A DNA stretch of 42,514 bases from an uncultured Hyphomicrobiales bacterium (GTDB lineage Bacteria > Pseudomonadota > Alphaproteobacteria > Rhodospirillales > 2-12-FULL-67-15), in contig CAZDFF010000002.1 of the NCBI GenBank assembly GCA_964504425.1, positions 1-42,514 on the forward strand, in the 5' to 3' direction. Every line of letters starts with the position of its first letter. Position 1 is the first letter of the stretch. The translations under genes and the position numbers were made by a program. The notes under the pieces were generated by a model that saw only the letters and a program-made list of their open reading frames with translations, made no database searches and was not told the DNA's origin. Below, in pieces: positions 20,615 to 27,896 of the stretch.

Positions 20615-21445
20615 ATGGCCGACGAAGACGACGACCGGCGCGGCGTCAAGTGGCCGCAGAAGGCCTACAAGAACGAACGCTTCCTAACCAGCCGCGCCGC
20701 CCGCAGCGTGCGCATGCTGGCCGAGTTCGAGGAACCGCGCACCCGGTTCGAAAAATACGACATCAAGGACACCATCGTCTTTTTCGGCTCGGCGCGCATC
20801 CTGCCGCGCGACGTCGCGCTCAAGAATCTGGAAGCGGCCCGCGCCCACGGCGGCGACGTCAAAACAGCCGAACGCGCGCTCGGCATGTCGCGCTACTACG
20901 AGGAGGCGCGGCTGCTTGCCGGCCGGCTTACCGAATGGTCGAAGGGCCTGAACGATCCGACCCGACGTTTCGTCGTCTGCTCCGGCGGCGGGCCAGGCGT
21001 CATGGAAGCCGCCAACCGGGGCGCGTCCGAAGCCAAGGGCCTCAACATCGGCCTCAACATCTCGCTGCCGTTCGAACAGACCGAAAACCCGTTCATCACG
21101 CGCGAGCTGGCGTTCGAATTTCACTACTTCTTCATGCGCAAGTTCTGGTTCGTGTACCTGGCGAAGGCCATCGTCATCTTTCCCGGCGGTTTCGGCACCA
21201 TGGACGAATTCTTCGAGGTCCTGACCCTGGTGCAGACCAAGAAGCTGCGAAAGCCGATGGCCGTCGTGCTGTACGGCAAGGAATACTGGAGCGACGTGCT
21301 GAACCTGGACGCGATGGTGAAGTGGGGCACCATCGAACCGGCCGACCTCGACCTGTTCCTGTTCACCGACTCGGTCGACGAGGCCTTCGCCTACATCACC
21401 GAGCGCATGCAGGCCGCCCTGCCGCTGCCGGGCGCGAGTCTGTAA
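20615..21445 (+). CDS. LOG family / TIGR00730-type Rossmann-fold nucleotide-binding protein
   Basis: The ATG at 20615 lies inside ORF 20519..21445. VVCSGGGPGVMEAANRGA and PGGFGTMDEFFEVLTLVQT are LOG/PpnN-type motifs. Confidence 0.85.
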   Translation: MADEDDDRRGVKWPQKAYKNERFLTSRAARSVRMLAEFEEPRTRFEKYDIKDTIVFFGSARILPRDVALKNLEAARAHGGDVKTAERALGMSRYYEEARLLAGRLTEWSKGLNDPTRRFVVCSGGGPGVMEAANRGASEAKGLNIGLNISLPFEQTENPFITRELAFEFHYFFMRKFWFVYLAKAIVIFPGGFGTMDEFFEVLTLVQTKKLRKPMAVVLYGKEYWSDVLNLDAMVKWGTIEPADLDLFLFTDSVDEAFAYITERMQAALPLPGASL

Positions 21446-21451
21446 GCCCTT

Positions 21452-22189
21452 TCACTTCTTCGTCGTGTCCTTGAAATCCGGCAGGCGCAGTTTCGAGCGG
21501 TGCGCCTCGGCGCGGCGGCTCTCGTCGACCCGGCCGAGGTAATAGTCCTTCTGCCACTTCTCCTCGCGGGCCTTGGTGCCGGGCGTCTTCAGATCGGCCG
21601 AGAACGTGCTGCGGCTCTTGCTCCAGGCGCGGAAGGCGTCGCGCGTTTCCGGCGCTTCGTCGAGGGAGCGGATTTCCGGTTCGGCGGAATCCACGGTGTC
21701 GCGCAGGATCGGGAAGAAGGAACAGAACGGCTCGCCCTTCTCGAACGTCACCCAGTGATCGGCGCGGGTGAACAGCCAGTTCATGGTAAAGGTGGCGTTG
21801 GTCCAGTCGGTTTCGACCACGCCGGTCAGGGCCTGGATGCCGTCCTTGGGCGCGTTCGTCGGGCCCGCGACCCACAGATCGTGGCCCGGTTCGGTGCGCA
21901 CCAGATAGCCGACGTGGAAGGTGAGCACGCCGCTGCCGAAATGGCTGATCGGCAGCCAGCCCTTGTCCTCGACCGGCTCGATCTCGACCGAGGCGATTTC
22001 CTTGCCGCCGCGCCAGCGCGCCCGCACGGTCGACGGGCACAACAGTTCCCAGCCGTGCGCGTTGGCAATGTTGAGCGGCAGGCAGCGGTAGGCGAAACCC
22101 TCCGGCGTCGCGTCCATCCACGGGCGCGTCGCGGGGGCGGGGCGCACCGGCGGCGCCGCGCCCGAAGTCGGATAGAGGATCAGGCGCAT
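21452..22189 (-). CDS. conserved hypothetical protein (DUF6065-like)
   Basis: 245-aa ORF with native codon bias. From memory, FAYRCLPLNIANAHGWELLCP...HFGSGVLTFH...GPTNAPKDGIQALTGVVETDW...FEKGEPFC resembles proteins annotated as DUF6065. No function can be read from the sequence. Confidence 0.6.
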   Translation of the reverse strand: MRLILYPTSGAAPPVRPAPATRPWMDATPEGFAYRCLPLNIANAHGWELLCPSTVRARWRGGKEIASVEIEPVEDKGWLPISHFGSGVLTFHVGYLVRTEPGHDLWVAGPTNAPKDGIQALTGVVETDWTNATFTMNWLFTRADHWVTFEKGEPFCSFFPILRDTVDSAEPEIRSLDEAPETRDAFRAWSKSRSTFSADLKTPGTKAREEKWQKDYYLGRVDESRRAEAHRSKLRLPDFKDTTKK

Positions 22190-22238
22190 GGCTCGGGGCC
22201 CTTTCGCGTCGGGGCCGCGCCTTCGCCGGCGAGACGCT

Positions 22239-23141
22239 TCAGGCCGCGGACGCCTTGCTGGCGGGCGTCTTGCCGACGGCGCGTTCGTAGTCTTCCATCA
22301 GGTTCCGCGTCACGTCGCCGACGGTAAACTTGTAGGGGCCGATCTCGCCCACCGGCGTCACCTCGGCGGCGGTGCCGGTCAGGAACACCTCGGCGGCCTT
22401 GGCCAACTCGTCGGGCATGATGGCGCGCTCGATCACCTCGTAGCCGCGCTTCTTGGCCAGGTCGATCACCGTGCGCCGGGTGATGCCGTCGAGGAAGCAA
22501 TCCGGCTTCGGCGTGTGTACCTTGCCGTCGATGACCAGGAACACGTTGGCGCCGGTCGCTTCGGCGATCTGGCCGCGCCAATCGAGCATCAGCGCGTCAT
22601 GGTAGCCCTCGCGCTCGGCCTTGTGCTTGGCGAGCGTGCAGATCATGTAAAGCCCGGTGGCCTTGGCGTGCACCGGCGCGGTTTCCGGCGACGGGCGCTT
22701 CCAGTCGGCGAACTGCAATCGGATGCCCTTGGTGCGCGCCTCCGGCGAGAAATAGGACGGCCACGGCCAGGAGGCGATGGCGACGTTGATGCGCGATTGC
22801 TGCGCGGCGACGCCCATCATCTCGCTGCCGCGCCAGGCGATCGGGCGCACGTAGCCGTCGACGATGTCGTTGGCCTTGCACACGGCGATGCAGGCGGCGT
22901 CGATCTCGGCGACCGAATAGGGAAGCTGGAAACCGAGCAGTTCGGCCGACGCCTTCAGGCGCTCGTTGTGTTCGGTCAGCTTGAAGATATTGCCGCCGTA
23001 GACACGCTCGCCCTCGAACACGGCGGAGGCGTAGTGCAGCGCGTGGGTCAGGACGTGCAGCTTGGCGTCGCGCCACGGCACCATCTTGCCGTTCATCCAG
23101 ATGGAGCCGTCGCGATCGTCGAAGGGAACAGTATCAGCCAT
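22239..23141 (-). CDS. ilvE: branched-chain amino acid aminotransferase
   Basis: The start MADTVPFDDRDGSIWMNGKMVPW at 23141 lies inside ORF 22239..23192. HALHYASAVFEGERVY, YVRPIAWRG and GTAAEVTPV are class IV aminotransferase motifs. Confidence 0.95.
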   Translation of the reverse strand: MADTVPFDDRDGSIWMNGKMVPWRDAKLHVLTHALHYASAVFEGERVYGGNIFKLTEHNERLKASAELLGFQLPYSVAEIDAACIAVCKANDIVDGYVRPIAWRGSEMMGVAAQQSRINVAIASWPWPSYFSPEARTKGIRLQFADWKRPSPETAPVHAKATGLYMICTLAKHKAEREGYHDALMLDWRGQIAEATGANVFLVIDGKVHTPKPDCFLDGITRRTVIDLAKKRGYEVIERAIMPDELAKAAEVFLTGTAAEVTPVGEIGPYKFTVGDVTRNLMEDYERAVGKTPASKASAA

Positions 23142-23266
23142 GGCCGGTGCTTCTTTCCGCTGAGATGTTTGGTCCCGGGCGCCGCCTTTCATCCGAATGT
23201 TACCGAATCGGCGGCGCCGTTGAAATGTTATTGCACAGGCTATCGGGTTCGCGCAATTATGTCAAC

Positions 23267-23770
23267 ATGACTGACATAAAAAGCCCGCGCCGCCCGAAGG
23301 CCCCGAACGCCCGTCCCCGCCGGCCGACGGAAGGCGACTTGCGCCGCGCCATCGAGCTTCTGTTCTTCGCCTATCGCGATTTCACCGGCGAAGCCGACCG
23401 GGTGCTGGCCCGCCACGGCTTCGGCCGCGCGCATCATCGGGTGATTTATTTCGTCGGCCGCCATCCGGGCATGACCGTCAGCCAACTTCTCGGCCTGCTG
23501 CGCATCACCAAGCAAAGCCTGGCGCGGGTCTTGGGCCAGCTCGTCGACGAAGGGTTCGTCCGCCAGGGGTCCGACGCCGGCGACCGCCGCCGCCGCCTGC
23601 TGACGCTGACCGACAAGGGCCGCGACCTGGAACGCCGCCTGACCCGGTGCCAGTCGGATCTGATCTCGGCCGCGATCGAGGCGGCGGGACCGGACGCGGT
23701 CGAAGGCTTCGAAAAAATCCTGCGCGGCATTGTCAATCCGGCCGACCGCAAGCGGTTCGAAACGCTCTAA
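23267..23770 (+). CDS. MarR family transcriptional regulator (PetP-like)
   Basis: The ATG at 23267 lies inside ORF 23147..23770. The winged HTH reads MTVSQLLGLLRITKQSLARVLGQLVDEGFV...D.RRR.L.LT.KG. Confidence 0.85.
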   Translation: MTDIKSPRRPKAPNARPRRPTEGDLRRAIELLFFAYRDFTGEADRVLARHGFGRAHHRVIYFVGRHPGMTVSQLLGLLRITKQSLARVLGQLVDEGFVRQGSDAGDRRRRLLTLTDKGRDLERRLTRCQSDLISAAIEAAGPDAVEGFEKILRGIVNPADRKRFETL

Positions 23771-25002
23771 CCGCGCCGCTCTTTTCCTTCGCGCCGTTCC
23801 GTTTCGTTGCGGCGCGGCGCGGCGCGGCGTTCGGGACCGGTATAACCCGAAGAGCCGCCCTTGCGACGATCCTCGCCGCCGGCCATCCGCCGCTCCAGGC
23901 GCCGCCGCCGTTCGGCCTTGCGTTTCTTCGCCAGGATGATCCCGATCAGGGCGCCGGCCAGGATCAGAATCAGGGCGGCAAGCCCGATCGCGATCCAGAC
24001 GCCGGTGGCGCCGAATTCCTTGCCCGCGTCGGGCGGCTGCGGCGGCGGCGCGGCCGGAATGGGGGTATCGGCCATGGCTTCGAACGAGGCCTGGCCGAAG
24101 CAAAGCCGTCCGATCGTCCGCTCGTCGGAGAGTCGCAACGCGGGTATCGCCTTCACCGAAGGCCGGTCGGGAAAATCGAAATAGTGCATCAGGACGTCGG
24201 GCAGGCCCGGGGCGCGGAACAGGAACCCGACGTTTTCGGTGCGGCCGTCGCCGTCGCGATCGACCGTGAAGACGCGGAGCAGGGCGCGCCGCGTGCCGCC
24301 GATGTCGTAGACGCCCGCCTTCCAGTATTCGGCCACGTTCCGGTCGCATGCGGCGCTCTTCGGCGGGGCTTCCTTGGGGTCGCCGGCGCCGGCGCGCACG
24401 ACCGGCCTGACCTCCGCTTCCTGGCGCATCTGCGGATGGGTCTGGAACGGTTCGACCTGCGCGGCGGGCCGCTCCTGGGCGACGCTTGGTGCGTCGGGGG
24501 CGTAGACGAACGGCGCGATCGTATCGTGGATTTCGACGACTCGATGACAGGCATTGGGATCGTTGGCGCGCCGGCTGGGCTCGCGCTTGCCGTCCAACAA
24601 TTCCGCCGGCGTCAACGGCGGCGTCGGGATGCCGGGCATGAAGGTCAGCGCCTTCACCAGCGGCTGGCGCAGGCCGCGGTTGATCGCCTCGATCAGGCGC
24701 GGTGCGGTCGCGGCGACGTCCAGTTTTTTAGGTCCCAGCACCGGAATCGCCTGGCGCGAGAATTCGACCACCAATGCGTCGCGGATCAGCGGCATGTTGC
24801 GGCAGACGGCGGCGCCGTCGTCGACGGTGTTCGTGCGCACGAAGACGGTGACGGCGGTTTCGGCGCGCCGGCCGTCGGCGTAGACCGCCGGGGCCGGCAT
24901 GGACGGCAATTGGATCAGAATGCGGTCGGCCCGGGCCGCCGCCGGCGCCGTTGCCGATAGCGCTGCCGCCAGCAGCAAAAGGCGAAAGCGGACCTGGGAC
25001 AA
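23767..25002 (-). CDS. hypothetical secreted, C-terminally membrane-anchored protein with Arg-rich cytoplasmic tail
   Basis: 411-aa ORF with GC-rich third codon positions, as in native genes. Signal peptide is MSQVRFRLLLLAAALSATAPAAARA. A TM helix, VWIAIGLAALILILAGALIGIILA, lies near the C-terminus and is followed by KKRKAERRRRLERR...ERREGKERRG. I recognise no family with confidence. Confidence 0.6.
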   Translation of the reverse strand: MSQVRFRLLLLAAALSATAPAAARADRILIQLPSMPAPAVYADGRRAETAVTVFVRTNTVDDGAAVCRNMPLIRDALVVEFSRQAIPVLGPKKLDVAATAPRLIEAINRGLRQPLVKALTFMPGIPTPPLTPAELLDGKREPSRRANDPNACHRVVEIHDTIAPFVYAPDAPSVAQERPAAQVEPFQTHPQMRQEAEVRPVVRAGAGDPKEAPPKSAACDRNVAEYWKAGVYDIGGTRRALLRVFTVDRDGDGRTENVGFLFRAPGLPDVLMHYFDFPDRPSVKAIPALRLSDERTIGRLCFGQASFEAMADTPIPAAPPPQPPDAGKEFGATGVWIAIGLAALILILAGALIGIILAKKRKAERRRRLERRMAGGEDRRKGGSSGYTGPERRAAPRRNETERREGKERRG

Positions 25003-25189
25003 GATCGGCGTCTCCGCGATTCCGAAACGTCGTCAATCCGCCATTGTCCCCCGCGGCGACCCGGCGCGGCAAACGCTTTCGCCGCCTTTTGTCGGGAAAT
25101 AAGGTTTTACGCCCTTGAAATTTTGTCCTTTTATGGTCCTACCGGCGGCTAGCCCGGATTTCTCGAACCGTCATGAGCGTCGCGGAGGC

Positions 25190-25873
25190 ATGCAAGCGGA
25201 CACCCCCCATATTCTGGTGGTCGACGACGACGATCGCCTGAGCGGGCTTTTGAAGCGCTTCCTCGCGGAGGCCGGCTTCCTGGTGGCGACCGCGTGCGAC
25301 GCGGCCGACGCCCGCCGGCACCTTCAGGCCTTCGAATTCGACCTGATCGTGCTCGACCGCATGATGCCGGGGCAAAGCGGCCTCGAATTCGCGGCCGACC
25401 TGCGGCGCGAGGGCAGCATGCCGATCCTCATGCTGACCGCGATGGGCGACGCCGAGGACCGCATCGCGGGACTGGAGCAAGGCGTCGACGACTATCTGGC
25501 GAAGCCGTTCGAACCGCGCGAGTTGCTGCTGCGCATCAACGCGATCCTCAGGCGCTCGGCCAAGGCGCCACCGCCCGCCGAGGTGCGCATGGGCGACGTC
25601 ACATTCTTTCCCGCCCGCGAGGAATTGTTGCGCGCCGGTCGGCCGGTCCGCCTGACGGACGTGGAAGCGGCGTTACTGAAGGTCCTGATCGAACGGCCGG
25701 GCGACATCTTCAGCCGCGAGGAATTGATCGAACGCACCGGCGCGTCCGGCGGCGACCGCGCGGTCGATGTGCAAGTGACGCGGCTGCGGCGCAAGATCGA
25801 ACCGGACTCCCGGTTTCCGCGCTACCTTCAGACCGTGCGCGGTCGCGGCTATATGCTGAGGCCCGACGAATGA
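25190..25873 (+). CDS. OmpR-family response regulator (PetR/CenR-like)
   Basis: The ATG at 25190 lies inside ORF 25115..25873. The receiver reads ILVVDDDDRL...DLIVLDRMMPG...LMLTA...DDYLAKPFEPRELLLRINAILRR. The winged-helix output domain ends ...TVRGRGYML. Confidence 0.92.
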   Translation: MQADTPHILVVDDDDRLSGLLKRFLAEAGFLVATACDAADARRHLQAFEFDLIVLDRMMPGQSGLEFAADLRREGSMPILMLTAMGDAEDRIAGLEQGVDDYLAKPFEPRELLLRINAILRRSAKAPPPAEVRMGDVTFFPAREELLRAGRPVRLTDVEAALLKVLIERPGDIFSREELIERTGASGGDRAVDVQVTRLRRKIEPDSRFPRYLQTVRGRGYMLRPDE

Positions 25874-27201
25874 CCGGTCAGTCCTTCGTCAAGCGATGGC
25901 TTCCCAAAAGCCTGCTCGGCCGCTCGCTGCTGATCATCGTCATGCCGCTGATCCTGTTGCAGGTGGTGTCCGGTCTGATCTTTTACCAATCGCACTGGGA
26001 CAAGGTGACGCTGCGCCTCGCCCGCAGCGTCGCGGGCGACATCGCCGCCATCGTCAACCTGATGCGTCAGCATCCTGACCCGAAGAATCGCGATTGGATT
26101 TTCGGCATCGCGGCGGAGAACATGGAACTGGTCGTTACGTTCGCCGACGGCGAAGTCATTCCCAACGAACGGCCGGTCGGAAACGATTTGATGGAACGGA
26201 TGCTGATCGACGCCATGACGGATTACGTCGGCAAGCCGTTTCAGATCGATACCGAAAGCCAGGACCGCCACGTGATCGTCGACGTGCAACTGACCGAGGG
26301 CGTACTGCGCGTCATCACCTCCCGCAAGCGCCTGTTCAGTTCGACCGCCTACGTGTTCACTTTGTGGATGGTTGGCACGTCGATGATCCTGTTCGCCGTC
26401 GCGACGATCTTCATGCGCAATCAGGTGAAGCCGATCCGGCGCCTCGCGATCGCCGCCGACAATTTCGGCAAGGGGCGCGACGTCGCCGCGTTCAAGCCCG
26501 AGGGTGCGACCGAAGTGCGCCAGGCGGCCAGCGCGTTCCTCGCCATGCGCGAGAGAATCCTGCGCCAGATCGCGCAACGCACGGACATGCTGTCGGGCGT
26601 GTCGCACGATTTGCGGACGCCCCTGACGCGCATGAAACTCGCGCTGGCCATGCTGAAGGACAAACCGGGCGCCAAGGGGCTTTCCGAGGAATTGCAAAGC
26701 GATGTCGTCGAGATGGAACGGATGCTGGAGGAGTATCTCGCCTTCGCCCGCGGCGAGGGAGCGGAAGCGCCGACCGAGACCGATGTCGGCGCCGTTCTGA
26801 CCGAGGTCGCGGCGCAGGGCCGGCGCAACGGCGGCGCGATCGATCTGCACGTCGAAGGCGACATCAAGGTGGTGGTCCGGCCCAATGCCTTCAAGCGGTG
26901 CGTGACGAACGTGGTCGAGAACGCCATTCGCTACGCCGATCACGTGTTCGTCCGCGCCGGGCTGCGCGGCGACGCGGTCGAAATCACCGTCGACGACGAC
27001 GGCCCCGGCATTCCCAAGGACAAGCGGGAAGATGTCTTCCGGCCGTTCTTCCGGCTGGACAGTTCGCGCAACCCGGAAACCGGCGGAGTCGGCCTCGGCC
27101 TTTCCATCGCCCGCGACGTGATGCGGGTCCACGGCGGCGAGATCGTGCTGGAAGACGCTCCCTCCGGCGGGCTGCGCGCCCGGCTGCGGGTGCCGGTCTA
27201 G
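25870..27201 (+). CDS. EnvZ-like sensor histidine kinase
   Basis: The ATG at 25870 makes an ATGA overlap with the regulator gene. There are two TM segments. The H-box is LSGVSHDLRTPLTR, the N-box VVENAIRYA, G1 DDDGPGIP and G2 GGVGLGLSIA. Confidence 0.9.
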   Translation: MTGQSFVKRWLPKSLLGRSLLIIVMPLILLQVVSGLIFYQSHWDKVTLRLARSVAGDIAAIVNLMRQHPDPKNRDWIFGIAAENMELVVTFADGEVIPNERPVGNDLMERMLIDAMTDYVGKPFQIDTESQDRHVIVDVQLTEGVLRVITSRKRLFSSTAYVFTLWMVGTSMILFAVATIFMRNQVKPIRRLAIAADNFGKGRDVAAFKPEGATEVRQAASAFLAMRERILRQIAQRTDMLSGVSHDLRTPLTRMKLALAMLKDKPGAKGLSEELQSDVVEMERMLEEYLAFARGEGAEAPTETDVGAVLTEVAAQGRRNGGAIDLHVEGDIKVVVRPNAFKRCVTNVVENAIRYADHVFVRAGLRGDAVEITVDDDGPGIPKDKREDVFRPFFRLDSSRNPETGGVGLGLSIARDVMRVHGGEIVLEDAPSGGLRARLRVPV

Positions 27202-27275
27202 TGGAGCGAATTTGACATTCGATCCCCACTTGCGGCGACCGTGATATCGAATGCCAGATTCAAAAGCTCCACTAG
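27198..27275. repeat. palindromic element, unit 1 (CTAG-bounded, ~78 nt)
   Basis: CTAGTGGAGC-GAATTTGACATTCGAT-[22-nt loop]-ATCGAATGCCAGATTC-AAAA-GCTCCACTAG. The outer 10 bp pair perfectly and the inner arms pair at 14 of 16 positions. The left CTAG supplies the kinase TAG stop codon. Confidence 0.8.
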
Positions 27276-27288
27276 AATCAAATAGTTG

Positions 27289-27365
27289 CTAGTGGTCTTT
27301 TCGATTCCGACATTTGCTCTCGGGCTTGCCCCAGCGGGATGCAAATGTCGGAATCGGACCACTAG
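27289..27365. repeat. palindromic element, unit 2 (CTAG-bounded, ~77 nt, inverted relative to unit 1)
   Basis: CTAGTGGTC-TTTT-CGATTCCGACATTTGC-[23-nt loop]-GCAAATGTCGGAATCG-GACCACTAG. The 9-bp and 16-bp arm segments both pair perfectly. The right CTAG supplies the TAG stop codon of the minus-strand ORF 27362..27697. Confidence 0.8.
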
Positions 27366-27697
27366 CGTTCCATGGTCCGCTGTTGCTGTCGCATCCAAGC
27401 CAGAACGTCGCGTTGTTCCCCGGACGTCACCTTGGCCCAGCGGGTGGATTTGACGTCTTTGTTTTTGCTTCCGGCCCACCAGTATTCCCTGACGACAAGG
27501 AGAGTCCACTGCGGCGTTCCGCCGTCGACAATGGTCGTTTCCACGGTGAATCCATAGGCTCTGCCGGCATAACTGTGCCTTTCCCGGTGCCAGTCCGCCC
27601 TGGCATGACGCCACTGCACGTTCTCGATCGCCGGATTTCCCCGGGAAACCAGACGATCGAAAAGATTGAAGAAGGACTTGTCGGCGAGGCTCTTCAT
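27362..27697 (-). CDS. hypothetical small Trp-rich protein (orphan, low-GC islet)
   Basis: 111 aa counted from the ATG at 27697; the frame is open up to 27784. The sequence reads MKSLADKSFFNLFDRLVS...WTLLVVREYWWAGSKNKDVKSTRWAKV.... Its composition is more protein-like than the overlapping plus-strand ORF 27314..27790. No family was recognised. Confidence 0.4.
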   Translation of the reverse strand: MKSLADKSFFNLFDRLVSRGNPAIENVQWRHARADWHRERHSYAGRAYGFTVETTIVDGGTPQWTLLVVREYWWAGSKNKDVKSTRWAKVTSGEQRDVLAWMRQQQRTMER

Positions 27698-27896
27698 GCG
27701 ACATCCATTCGGCTTTACGGATCGAATACGGCCGCGTATCCTAACGGCGCTAAGGGAATGGAGTCTCCCGATAACCGCCTTCAAGGCTGATGACTCCTAC
27801 TCGGTCGGCGTCTTCTTGCGCCGGGAGTAGGGGTCCGATTTCCTTCCTCTCGGTTTTGCAAGCCCCCGGCCATACGTTTTCGGCTGGAGAATTGTC

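Noticed and set aside
27314-27790. 158-aa plus-strand ORF in the low-GC islet
   Set aside because: It is Pro/Gly-rich with no plausible start context and overlaps the more protein-like minus-strand ORF. The choice between them remains low-confidence.
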